Shown one piece after another: positions 19,854 through 29,286 of a stretch of DNA of 64,000 nt. Position 1 is the first letter of the stretch, and each line of letters begins with the position of its first letter. The stretch spans positions 3,649 through 67,648 of the forward strand of contig JADHPT010000002.1 in assembly GCA_016778305.1 (NCBI GenBank). The letters run 5' to 3'. The notes below the pieces were generated by a model, which was given only the letters and a program-made list of their open reading frames with translations, did no database searches and was not told the origin of the DNA. The DNA is from Poseidonia sp. (lineage in GTDB: Archaea; Thermoplasmatota; Poseidoniia; Poseidoniales; Poseidoniaceae). Both the position numbers and the translations under genes were made by a program.

Positions 19854-20936
19854 TTGCAAGAACTTCTCGACACATATCTTGATGGAGAGGAGGAATCTGG
19901 GGCAGACTGGTGCGGTTGTATGTCAGTTCTGATGAACGCAGAAATTGATGGGTTACTTGAGCGTACATCGCGTTCGTTTTATCCGACTCTGAAATATTTG
20001 CCGAAGAAAATCAGGGGGCAAATAGGTTTACTGTATTTGCTCGCCCGTGTTGCGGATACCATCGCAGATTCAAAGCACGGTGAGACTCAAGTCCTTCTGG
20101 ACCTCCTGAGCGATTACAATGATGTTGCTCAAGGACGATCTGAATCCCTTCCTGACTTTAGCGTACTTGCTGAAATTCAAACCAACCCGGATGAAGCAGA
20201 ACTGCTTCGAAATGTGGAACCTGTCGTAGCAGGACTACAGGATTACGATGCCGAAGATCAACAGCGAATGCTCGAATGCCTCGAAGTGATTGTTGGAGGT
20301 CAAACCCTTGACCTCCAACGCTTCGGAACTGCGAAAGAAGGAGGCAATATTTCTGCGTTATCAACCGAAGAGGAACTGGATGATTATGCGTTCAGAGTAG
20401 CGGGTTGTGTCGGTGTGTTTTGGACAAAGATGTCGCTTGCCCATTTGATGACGCTACCTCCCGATAAGGAGAAGATGTTCATGGAAAAAGGGATCCGTTT
20501 TGGTAAGGCCCTTCAGATGATTAACATTCTAAGAGATATTCCTGAAGACCTTCGCTATGGCCGTTGCTACATACCAATTAGTGGCTTAAAAGATCACAAC
20601 CTTGAGCCAACCAGCCTCCTTGATGAGGGAAATCTCGAGGCTTTTCGCCCCCTTTATGATTCATACCTCGACCTCACGAATGAACATCTTGAAGCGGCAA
20701 CCGATTACATCAGAATGATTCCTGAAGGTCAATTCCGTCTCAAGGCTTCTGTGATGCTCCCCGTTCTTATCGGCCAGCGTACCGTTACACTCCTGCGTAG
20801 TGGGAATATACTGAACTCAGATGAGCGCATCAAGGTGACTCGAGATGAAATCAAATCCTATGCAAGAAAGTTACTCCGGGCCCTTCTAATCCCCGGTGGC
20901 GTGCGAAGGTTGCTTGAAAAGAATAAAGATCCATGA
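19854..20936 (+). CDS. Squalene/phytoene synthase family enzyme, paralogue 1.
   Basis: Substrate-binding motif YLLARVADTIAD (DxxxD) and a second Asp-rich region. Confidence 0.7.
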   Translation: MQELLDTYLDGEEESGADWCGCMSVLMNAEIDGLLERTSRSFYPTLKYLPKKIRGQIGLLYLLARVADTIADSKHGETQVLLDLLSDYNDVAQGRSESLPDFSVLAEIQTNPDEAELLRNVEPVVAGLQDYDAEDQQRMLECLEVIVGGQTLDLQRFGTAKEGGNISALSTEEELDDYAFRVAGCVGVFWTKMSLAHLMTLPPDKEKMFMEKGIRFGKALQMINILRDIPEDLRYGRCYIPISGLKDHNLEPTSLLDEGNLEAFRPLYDSYLDLTNEHLEAATDYIRMIPEGQFRLKASVMLPVLIGQRTVTLLRSGNILNSDERIKVTRDEIKSYARKLLRALLIPGGVRRLLEKNKDP

Positions 20937-21061
20937 ATCTACTCTATAGAATTTAAAGTGGTAAGTTTACAAGTACTTACATATGTTAAAAAACTCCATG
21001 TCTGTTCGCACTTGCGAAGGGAGGTCTCTTAAACAAGGGACGCGAGGGATTGACGGATAGG

Positions 21062-22360
21062 ATGCTAGAACGCCGCAAACCACTCGATCTTCTATTCCCG
21101 CTCAAGGGGAATGCTTCCTCCCGTTCGGAAGAGGAAGAAGTCCGTCCTCCAACGACGCTTGAACGTCTTCGAGCCGGTGTAACACTTGCCCGAGATGCGG
21201 TCAAGGCGGTCAGCGTTACAGCGATGGAAGCCCTTCGTGAGGGTGCATCATTTATCGGAATCGTTGGTGATACCAATGAATTGGTTGATCCCTTTGAATA
21301 TCTTGACGCACCGATTTGGTCTGAGCACCCTCCGGCTGAATTGTACAAGTTAGCATACCGTTACTGTGAGGAACTCACCCGTCGTGAAGCGGGTAATTTT
21401 TACCACTCCTTCAAGTATTTGCCCGATGAGCAGCGAATGGCCATGTGCGCTATCTATGCATTCTGTCGCCGTGCTGACGACATCGCTGACGGAGACTGGG
21501 CAGACAGATTCCCCGGCAGCAAAGGCGAGATGGACCCTGAAGCAGTGACCTACCGCAACAAATTGGAATCGCTTCAAAATAGAGGCACTATCCTTGATGA
21601 AGATGCCTATCACAACAAGATCACACAACTGTTCTTTTTCCGTAAAAAACTCTCAACATGTTACAGCGATGTTTATTCAACCGACCCTGTGTTCTTGGCC
21701 CTCAAAGACACTGTCGAACGATACGGGATCCCACGCGATGTCTTTGACGACCTTATCTCTGGAATGGAGGACGATCTCTATAACAACCGATACCGAAGTT
21801 TTGATGAACTCTACGTCTATTGCTACAGAGTCGCTTCCGTGGTTGGATTGATGTGCATTGAAGTCTATGGGTACGAGGATCCAAGAGCGAAGAAATTCGC
21901 TGAATCCTGGGGCATCTTCATGCAATTAACCAACGTGTTGAGGGATGTTGGCGAAGATATTCAGCGTGATCGTGTTTACCTCCCTCTCAACGAACTCGAA
22001 CGAAACGAGATGCGTGAGGATGAACTGAACGGACGTATTGTCCTGAACAAGCATTGGGAGCCTTATGTCCGCCAATATGCTGCCCGGGCACGCACTTATC
22101 TTGAAGAGGCACGAGCACTCCTACCACTCCTACCTCGTCGTACACGGTATTCTCCAGCTGCGATGATTGCATTTTACGACAAGATTTTGCGCCAAATAGA
22201 AAAGCAGCAAGGTGACGTGTTTACTCGTCGCGTGAAACTGAATAAGATCCAGAAAATCTCTCTCGCTGCTGCCGTCTATCTGCGACACCGATTCCTCCCC
22301 GCATTCCTTGATCCTGTTTGGGGCGCTCTTGCCAAGGTCGGAATTCTTCCCGCCGTTTGA
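21062..22360 (+). CDS. Squalene/phytoene synthase family enzyme, paralogue 2 (CrtB/HpnD-like).
   Basis: YAFCRRADDIADG motif and a second DxxxD motif. Confidence 0.7.
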   Translation: MLERRKPLDLLFPLKGNASSRSEEEEVRPPTTLERLRAGVTLARDAVKAVSVTAMEALREGASFIGIVGDTNELVDPFEYLDAPIWSEHPPAELYKLAYRYCEELTRREAGNFYHSFKYLPDEQRMAMCAIYAFCRRADDIADGDWADRFPGSKGEMDPEAVTYRNKLESLQNRGTILDEDAYHNKITQLFFFRKKLSTCYSDVYSTDPVFLALKDTVERYGIPRDVFDDLISGMEDDLYNNRYRSFDELYVYCYRVASVVGLMCIEVYGYEDPRAKKFAESWGIFMQLTNVLRDVGEDIQRDRVYLPLNELERNEMREDELNGRIVLNKHWEPYVRQYAARARTYLEEARALLPLLPRRTRYSPAAMIAFYDKILRQIEKQQGDVFTRRVKLNKIQKISLAAAVYLRHRFLPAFLDPVWGALAKVGILPAV

Positions 22361-22409
22361 ACAACCAGGTTTTCCATGACCTTATATGCCCCGCTTCCTT
22401 GGAGGTATC

Positions 22410-22757
22410 ATGTCGATCATAGACGCATACAACGAGGCCTGGCTGAGTGGAAATCTTGAGGCTCTTTCTGAGATTATTCACGATGATTTTCAATTCAACC
22501 CGCATGTTGGCGGTGTTGTGATGGGCAAGTCCGACGTGATGGCTTTTGCGGGCATGGGAGCAGTCACTTCCGAAAATCAACGAACGCTCTTTGAGAATAG
22601 CGAGGTCGGTGTAGCTCATTCAATCGCTCATTTTGCCAACGGATCAACCTCTGAGGCAGTTCTTTCCTTCCTTCGCTTCAAAGATGGTAAAATCATCTCA
22701 ATGGAGACTGGAGCAACACCACTTTCCGACGACTACAAACTTGTTGGATCTGAGTGA
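22410..22757 (+). CDS. SnoaL/NTF2-like small protein.
   Basis: About 115 aa, with the NTF2-like fold pattern (DAYNEAW...). Confidence 0.4.
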   Translation: MSIIDAYNEAWLSGNLEALSEIIHDDFQFNPHVGGVVMGKSDVMAFAGMGAVTSENQRTLFENSEVGVAHSIAHFANGSTSEAVLSFLRFKDGKIISMETGATPLSDDYKLVGSE

Positions 22758-22767
22758 GGCGGGAAAT

Positions 22768-23313
22768 TTGCCTCGCCTCGTCGCCGGTAATCCAGCCCCT
22801 ATCATCAATCTCCCAAGTATTGACGGAACTACATTTGACCTTCAATCAATGAAGGGGAAGCGAGTTATCCTCACGTTCTTCCGTTTTGATTCATGTCCTT
22901 TTTGCAACATCAGGATTCACCATTTGACCAAGCGATGGAATGAATTCCCGAGCGATACGGTCATGGTGGGGATTTTCGATGCAAATATTGACGCCCTCAC
23001 ACGCAGGATCAACAAAAAACACGATGTGCCATTCACCATCGTTGCGGATGAATCCTACGACACCTACACTCAAAATGGTGTCTACAAATCACTTCTTCGC
23101 GTGATGTTGGCACCACTGCGTCGTCCACTCACCATGCTTCATGCCATTGCGAAAGGCTACATCCCTCTCACATTGTCAATGAAGAAAATGTCAACCATTC
23201 CAGTTGACATACTCATCGATGAAAACGGACAGGTCGTTAAAGCACATTACTGCAAAGATACTGTCGACCACATTCCCATCGACGAAATGATTGCCTTCGC
23301 TAAAGGTGAGTAA
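22768..23313 (+). CDS. AhpC/TSA (redoxin) family thiol peroxidase-like protein. Start uncertain: TTG at 22768 or ATG at 22849.
   Basis: Thioredoxin-fold motif FRFDSCPFC. The ORF-track start at 22633 overlaps the upstream gene. Confidence 0.6.
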   Translation: MPRLVAGNPAPIINLPSIDGTTFDLQSMKGKRVILTFFRFDSCPFCNIRIHHLTKRWNEFPSDTVMVGIFDANIDALTRRINKKHDVPFTIVADESYDTYTQNGVYKSLLRVMLAPLRRPLTMLHAIAKGYIPLTLSMKKMSTIPVDILIDENGQVVKAHYCKDTVDHIPIDEMIAFAKGE

Positions 23314-23323
23314 CTCCGAGATT

Positions 23324-24499
23324 TCAGGCATTTCGGGTAAAGGCTTGAATGCCCGTGATGTAGCGGCCAAGAATCAAATTGTGGATGTCGTGTGTTCCTT
23401 CATAGGTTTTCACCGATTCAAGATTTGCCATGTGACGCATCACGGGGTACTCGTCCAGGATGCCGTTAGCTCCGTGTATGTCTCGGGAGACACGCGCTAT
23501 TTCAAGCGCAATATCGACATTGTTCATCTTCGCAAGTGAGATTTGTTCAGGAATCCAGGTCCCATCGTCTTTTTTCTTGCCGAGGTGATAGGCGAGAAGT
23601 TGACCCTTTGTGATCTCACGCAACATCCAAGCAAGTTTGTTTTGAATTAACTGATAGGATGCAATGGGATGGTCGAATTGGATTCTCGACAACGAGTAGG
23701 TTTTCGCACTGTGGAAACAGGCCATAGCCGAACCAAGCACACCCCATGAAATTCCATATCGAGCGTTGTTCAGGCATGAGAATGGGCCGCGAAGACCTTT
23801 GACTCCGGGAAGCATCCTGTCTTTTGGGATCTTGCAGTCTTGGAAGACAAGTTCACTTGTAACACTTGCTTTGAGTGAGTGTTTCCCTTTCATCTCGGGA
23901 GCGGAAAAACCTTCGTCACCTTTTTCGACAATGAAGCCACGAATGACGCCGTCCAATTTCGCCCAAACAACGGCGACCTGTGCGATCGTTCCGTTTGTGA
24001 TCCACATCTTCGCTCCGTTGAGCAAATAATGGTCGCCCATGTCTTCGGCTTTCGTGACCATATCGCCGGGATTGGATCCATAGTCGGGCTCAGTAAGACC
24101 GAAGCAGCCAACCCATTCCCCAGAGGCCATTTTTGGAAGATACTTTTCTTTCTGCTCTTCCGTCCCGAAATCCCAAATTGGGTACATTGCAAGAGATCCT
24201 TGTACGGAGGCAAAAGAGCGCAAACCACTGTCTCCACGCTCTAATTCTTGGCAAATCAAACCGTAGGCTACGTAGGACAATCCGGGGCAACCATATCCTT
24301 TGAGTGGGGCTCCGAGGACGCCCATTTCTCCAAGAGCAACGCGCCATTCGTCGTAGAATACACCGTCTTCACAGGCTTGTTCAATTTTTGGAATTACGGC
24401 CTCATCAACCCATTCACGAACCATGTCTCGAATCATGATTTCTTCTTCTGTTAAGAGACTTTCAATGTCGTAGAAATCTAGACCTTCAAACGGTTCCAT
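23324..24499 (-). CDS. Glutaryl-CoA dehydrogenase-like acyl-CoA dehydrogenase.
   Basis: ACAD fold over the full 391 aa, including the GCDH-like motif GCFGLTEPDYGSNPG and a YEGTHDIH C-terminal motif. Confidence 0.85.
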   Translation of the reverse strand: MEPFEGLDFYDIESLLTEEEIMIRDMVREWVDEAVIPKIEQACEDGVFYDEWRVALGEMGVLGAPLKGYGCPGLSYVAYGLICQELERGDSGLRSFASVQGSLAMYPIWDFGTEEQKEKYLPKMASGEWVGCFGLTEPDYGSNPGDMVTKAEDMGDHYLLNGAKMWITNGTIAQVAVVWAKLDGVIRGFIVEKGDEGFSAPEMKGKHSLKASVTSELVFQDCKIPKDRMLPGVKGLRGPFSCLNNARYGISWGVLGSAMACFHSAKTYSLSRIQFDHPIASYQLIQNKLAWMLREITKGQLLAYHLGKKKDDGTWIPEQISLAKMNNVDIALEIARVSRDIHGANGILDEYPVMRHMANLESVKTYEGTHDIHNLILGRYITGIQAFTRNA

Positions 24500-24571
24500 G
24501 GGCTTCCCTCAGGATGCTGTCTTCGCGCGTGCTTCATCAACATAACCCTTCGGGCAAAGGAAATCTAGGAC

Positions 24572-25768
24572 TCATTTACCTTTGAATCGCCATCGGTTGT
24601 ATTTCTTTTGCAACCAGGGGCTGTTCATGTAAATCAGTCCTAGAATGACGCCTGGAACCGATATGGCCACTGCTCCGAGAACCAGAACCGTCAGGATACC
24701 GGCATCGACTTCTTCAAGAAGAGGAGAAAAGGCGACGATGTTTCCGAATTCCGTAATCATGTACCCGTTGTTCGTGCTTGTCTCCCAAACCACCGCAAGG
24801 GTTCGTCCTGCAATAATCTCGTCCCATGCAGCAGCGTCCTCGGCAATAAGGACGGTATAGGCTTCATTGAGCAAGGGGTTGTGGCGGACCATGCTCATGG
24901 GGGCCATCTTCACCAGTGTCGTGCCGTCATGACCCGTATCCACGCCGATTTGTTCACCAGACGGTAGGTCAAACATCAGCGTTTCATCAGCCTTGGACTG
25001 GCTTGCATCAATGGTATTGATTCGAATCGCTTTGCTTTTCAACCCGCTGGCGAAGCCGACACATTCGTTGAGCGTCGGGTCTGCACAATCCATGCCGACC
25101 CAAGTTTCGCCAGATGTTTGTGCAATCCAGGTTACCGCATGACCCTGGTCGATAACAGCAATACCTTCATCGATGGTCGTCATGAAGCAGACGTTGTAAT
25201 TACGATGGCAATCCATGTCGGTAATTTCACTGACGCCGTTGTTATCCAGTACTTCGAAGCCCGTGTGCTCAGCGAATTTCCACAATGAACCATCTTCGGC
25301 CCCTACGTAAGCAAAGTCACCGGCAGGTCGCCAGGCGACGGCTGTGAGATTTTTCCCATATACTGCAAACGTACCGTTGACATTGGTAACGCCGTGGTCA
25401 TAGGAATCATAGCGCATGGCAAGGCCGTCTTCGCCAACCAAAAGTGCGGTATTACCCCGTGGATGCCAGTCGATGTGGTGGATGGTTGATGACCGCCCGG
25501 TGAGTAATTCAACATCCATTTCTCGGTTGTCTGCTTCATCGGCTGACAGAAGGCGTGCATACCCATCCATACCTGCGATAAGAACGTCCGTTCCATCTGG
25601 AGAGACTGCGCCCGTTCTGATGCCCAGATCACGTTCTGCGAGAACGCCTCCGTCCCTCAATTCAATACGAGTTACCAACTCAGCAGAAGCCGATGGAAGA
25701 AGCATGAGAGTGACGCAAAGCATGGCTATGAGTATGCGTCGCATCGATTCTGCCACCGAACTCTGCAT
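24572..25768 (-). CDS. Secreted beta-propeller-like protein with a C-terminal TM anchor.
   Basis: Signal peptide at M(25768). Repeated DG/WHP blades. A C-terminal hydrophobic helix is followed by basic residues. Confidence 0.5.
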   Translation of the reverse strand: MQSSVAESMRRILIAMLCVTLMLLPSASAELVTRIELRDGGVLAERDLGIRTGAVSPDGTDVLIAGMDGYARLLSADEADNREMDVELLTGRSSTIHHIDWHPRGNTALLVGEDGLAMRYDSYDHGVTNVNGTFAVYGKNLTAVAWRPAGDFAYVGAEDGSLWKFAEHTGFEVLDNNGVSEITDMDCHRNYNVCFMTTIDEGIAVIDQGHAVTWIAQTSGETWVGMDCADPTLNECVGFASGLKSKAIRINTIDASQSKADETLMFDLPSGEQIGVDTGHDGTTLVKMAPMSMVRHNPLLNEAYTVLIAEDAAAWDEIIAGRTLAVVWETSTNNGYMITEFGNIVAFSPLLEEVDAGILTVLVLGAVAISVPGVILGLIYMNSPWLQKKYNRWRFKGK

Positions 25769-25848
25769 GAAAACCCCTCCCCTCGGAACCTCTCGCTTTG
25801 ATGGCGATGAACGGTGAGCCTTATGTGGCGAGGTCGGCTGCCCCAAAC

Positions 25849-26373
25849 ATGGAGCGATTTGCTGTAAAACGAGGCCTTGTGAAATCCACGGGTGGAAATG
25901 CTGGATTGGCGAAATTAGCAACCAACTATTTTGAAAATATCAATGTAGATGCTGAGGGTGTTTTTACCGGCTCGTATGGACTCCTTGTCCAAGTTCAAGG
26001 CTCGTATGACAGCGCTGGAAAACTTGCTGTCGAAGTCGAGCAAATGAAAGGCGACGCTCTGGGAGAATTCCTTGAAAGTGATGGTGGACGAGAGAAAGCA
26101 ATGGAATCACGACGCCGTTGGTCCTCCTTCCTTGATGAAGCGACGGGATACAATGCCAAACAACGCGGTGACAAAGCAAAAGAGGAAGCAAAGAAATTCT
26201 CAAAGGCGAAATCAGCTATCGAGATGGCTCACAAATCAATGCAGTTGATTTCTGGTATCGACCCGAGTGTCATCGAGAGAGCAAACGAACTCATCCAAGC
26301 CCTTGAAGAAAAAATTGAGGCCGGTGAACCACCTTCAGAAACACAGGTGAAAAAACTTAACGATTTGTTCTGA
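25849..26373 (+). CDS. Hypothetical protein with a charged, coiled-coil C-terminus.
   Basis: Open frame with an ATG at 25849. No recognisable motif. Confidence 0.35.
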   Translation: MERFAVKRGLVKSTGGNAGLAKLATNYFENINVDAEGVFTGSYGLLVQVQGSYDSAGKLAVEVEQMKGDALGEFLESDGGREKAMESRRRWSSFLDEATGYNAKQRGDKAKEEAKKFSKAKSAIEMAHKSMQLISGIDPSVIERANELIQALEEKIEAGEPPSETQVKKLNDLF

Positions 26374-26382
26374 GGAATATTC

Positions 26383-27528
26383 ATGTCATCAACACAGGAT
26401 ATCACTGCGTTGATGGAAGCAACCGAAGGCGTGAGCAACCTAAACCAAGCGAAAAAACAGCGCCTGCAAGACATGCTTGGAACCGTCCAAGAAGTGGTTG
26501 GAATCGATCATCTCGTCCATTGTCTCGAGCATGGCACATCTCATTCGGGGAATGATGTCATTCAGTGTTATGTTGGCTTCGAACCGAGCGGGAAGGCCCA
26601 TATCGGTTGGAAGGTCTTGTCTCTTCAACTGCGCCGAATGTTGGATGCAGGGGCGAATGTCATGATTTTCCTCGCTGATTGGCACGCATGGGTCAACGAC
26701 AAATTTAATGGAAATATGGAAGCAATTCAGCGCACTGCCGAATACATGGAAGATACATTCAGGGCATTGCTTCAACACCCACCTGAAGGAGAAGGAGCGG
26801 GGGAGTTACAATTCAAGTGGGCTTCGGAATTGATGGAGTCGGGCGAGTATTGGGCTCGAGTCCTTCGCTGCTCAAAGGGTGCAACGCTTGCCATGGTGCG
26901 TAAAACCTTCACGATCATGGGCCGAGATGAGGCCTCATCAGACCATGACCTGTCAAAATTCTATTACCCTGCAATGCAAGCATCTGATATTTTTGAGATG
27001 GATATTGATGTGGCATTGGGAGGCATGGATCAACGGAAAGCTCACATGTTCATGCGTGATGTTGCCTCAAAGTATGGGTGGCCAAAGGCAACATGCCTGC
27101 ATACACCAATTATCTCATCCCTCAAAGCCTCGGGTAGCAGAATGGAATCATTTGACCATAAAATGTCAAAATCGGACCCTGGAGGCGCCCTATTGTTGCA
27201 TGATACGCATGAACAAATCCGTAAAAAAATGAGAAAGGCCTACATCTCACCCGATGATGAACAGTCCCCTGTCTATGAACTCGCAGAACATATTGTCCTC
27301 GCGGAATTTGGTGAAATATGTGTGACTCCTGACCCACGTTTCGGTGAACCATCTGTTTGGACCTCCCTCGACGACTTCCGGGCTGCGGTGATGGACGGAA
27401 GCCTCCATCCACTCGATGCGAAATTCGGGGTCGCAGATGGCTTAGCCAAGGGGCTCGCCTCTGTTCATAAACACTTTTTAGAACACCCAGAAAAACTGGA
27501 TCTCGTTACTGAATTCATGAATTCATGA
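26383..27528 (+). CDS. tyrS: Tyrosyl-tRNA synthetase, archaeal type.
   Basis: GFEPSGKAHIG (HIGH-like), LADWHAW, GGMDQRKAHM and KMSKS motifs. There is a segment-by-segment match to the archaeal TyrRS layout. Confidence 0.8.
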   Translation: MSSTQDITALMEATEGVSNLNQAKKQRLQDMLGTVQEVVGIDHLVHCLEHGTSHSGNDVIQCYVGFEPSGKAHIGWKVLSLQLRRMLDAGANVMIFLADWHAWVNDKFNGNMEAIQRTAEYMEDTFRALLQHPPEGEGAGELQFKWASELMESGEYWARVLRCSKGATLAMVRKTFTIMGRDEASSDHDLSKFYYPAMQASDIFEMDIDVALGGMDQRKAHMFMRDVASKYGWPKATCLHTPIISSLKASGSRMESFDHKMSKSDPGGALLLHDTHEQIRKKMRKAYISPDDEQSPVYELAEHIVLAEFGEICVTPDPRFGEPSVWTSLDDFRAAVMDGSLHPLDAKFGVADGLAKGLASVHKHFLEHPEKLDLVTEFMNS

Positions 27529-28386
27529 AGATAGCCCGTCTGTGATGGGTAATTCTTCCACGCTCAAGACATCAATGGACAATACGCGACGGGTGTCCTT
27601 GCTGAAATTGCGTGTTGGTATCGGCTGAACACGAACGATCCCGTTGACCCGCACGTAAGCAGGCGCAGTCAAATCACCAACGAGATCGTCGCTCACGGTT
27701 CCAATGATCTCGTTTTTTGAAGAGCAATGAATCAAATGGTGGTCCTTATTGTAAGTTATTTGACGCATGCTGATGTCTTGAATATCTTCATATTTGCATT
27801 CTTCGAGAATCATTTTGAAATTCGGACGAGGTGAGAATAAACCCCAGGGGACTTCATCATCTTTCATGTAATCAACTGCCTTAAGCAGACAGGGACGGCA
27901 GGTAGATGGGCTCTCTCTTTCCCGTGCACGCCGTTGCATTTTCACAACACCTCTACCACAGTCTTTGCATTCGTAGACCGCTTTTTTGAGCCAGCCGTAC
28001 GGATGACTGATATCATTCAATTTGACATCAAGACTGACGAGGTAATTTCGATCCCTCATTCGAAGATCATCGACCCTGCGCAGGTATTCATCACCAAACT
28101 CCACAACACGTATGACAGGGCGCATTCGGACGCCGTATTTTTCAAATTGCTCGTGAAGAACCTGAGTTCCCAACTCAAGAGTGCGGGTTGGGTTTTCGTG
28201 AAATTCAAGCCCCAAAACCCCTTCCTTCGCAATCAACGAATGGTGGATGGTGAACCCAAATACAGCGTCGGAGGTTCCCTTGAGATGTTTGATATCATCA
28301 ACGTAGGTTGTTGTGATGAGGGTGTTCCAACAAGCGAGGACTTGCTGGTCTGTTTCTGATGGGGCAACTTCGTCCTTAGAAGACAT
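27523..28386 (-). CDS. Stand-alone MCM N-terminal-domain-like protein (Zn finger plus OB-fold, no AAA+ domain).
   Basis: CKDCGRG-x17-CRPC C4 zinc finger. It is followed by DIQDISMRQ and a GIVRVQPIP OB-fold segment resembling the MCM N-terminus. The gene ends convergently against tyrS. Confidence 0.45.
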   Translation of the reverse strand: MSSKDEVAPSETDQQVLACWNTLITTTYVDDIKHLKGTSDAVFGFTIHHSLIAKEGVLGLEFHENPTRTLELGTQVLHEQFEKYGVRMRPVIRVVEFGDEYLRRVDDLRMRDRNYLVSLDVKLNDISHPYGWLKKAVYECKDCGRGVVKMQRRARERESPSTCRPCLLKAVDYMKDDEVPWGLFSPRPNFKMILEECKYEDIQDISMRQITYNKDHHLIHCSSKNEIIGTVSDDLVGDLTAPAYVRVNGIVRVQPIPTRNFSKDTRRVLSIDVLSVEELPITDGLSS

Positions 28387-28540
28387 GGAGTTTCTCGGCT
28401 GGTTGGACGGTTGATAAACATGCCCGTCTCGACGATGGCCTCCCCTTGCAAGTCGGTGATTTCGGCCATATGATGAAGTGACAAGGTTCATGAATCGAAG
28501 GGCGGTGGTCGGGTTTGAAACAACGGAGTTGCTGCTCATG

Positions 28541-29275
28541 ACCAACATCATCGTCCTCGTAAAACAAGTTCCCGATACCAATGCAAAGATCATCGTAAAC
28601 AACGGGCGAGTGGATTTATCTGCAGTGAAAATGGTCATGAGCCCCTATGACGAATTCGCTGTTGAAACTGCGCTGCGACATAAAGAAGCGGTTGGAGGTG
28701 AAGTGACTGCATTGACCGTTGGCGGACCCGCCACAGAGAAAATTCTCAAGGATGCAAAAGCCATCGGTGTTGACCGTATTGTGCGAATCGAATCAAGCGA
28801 AAATATGGATTCGAACGCCCTTCAAACCGTTCTCGCAAAAGCCGTCCAAGACCTCGGCGCGACTGCGGTTTACTGTGGAAAGTCTGCAGCTGATACCGGA
28901 GCGGGATCTACCGGGCCTGGCTTGGCGGAACGACTCGGGTGGGCATCTGTTTCAAACATCATTTCTGCCACCTTTTCAGACGCAATTTCAGCCGTCGCCC
29001 CCGGTAGTGGTGGCAACGTGAAACTCAATGTTCCACTTCCCGCAGTGATCTCTTGCGACAAAGGTGATTCCAAGGTTAGAAAACCAAATGTGAAGGGCAT
29101 CATGCAAGCTAAGAAAGCAACTGTAGAAGTCCACTCTATAGAGGGGCCTGCATCTTCAGTCACCGTTATTGACCAATCACTTCCTCCTGCCAAACCTGCT
29201 GGTAAATCCTACCAGGGCGGCGCTGCCGCTGCGGAGGTTGCACAACTGCTTCGCGACGAAGCCAACGTACTATGA
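28541..29275 (+). CDS. etfB: Electron transfer flavoprotein beta subunit.
   Basis: N-terminus IVLVKQVPDT. ETF-beta fold. Confidence 0.85.
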   Translation, partial: TNIIVLVKQVPDTNAKIIVNNGRVDLSAVKMVMSPYDEFAVETALRHKEAVGGEVTALTVGGPATEKILKDAKAIGVDRIVRIESSENMDSNALQTVLAKAVQDLGATAVYCGKSAADTGAGSTGPGLAERLGWASVSNIISATFSDAISAVAPGSGGNVKLNVPLPAVISCDKGDSKVRKPNVKGIMQAKKATVEVHSIEGPASSVTVIDQSLPPAKPAGKSYQGGAAAAEVAQLLRDEANVL

Positions 29276-29286
29276 GGGGATGAAAG

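Noticed and set aside
23766-24454. Plus-strand ORFs (87, 121 and 68 aa) opposite the glutaryl-CoA dehydrogenase gene.
   Set aside because: They lie entirely antisense to a strongly conserved ACAD gene.
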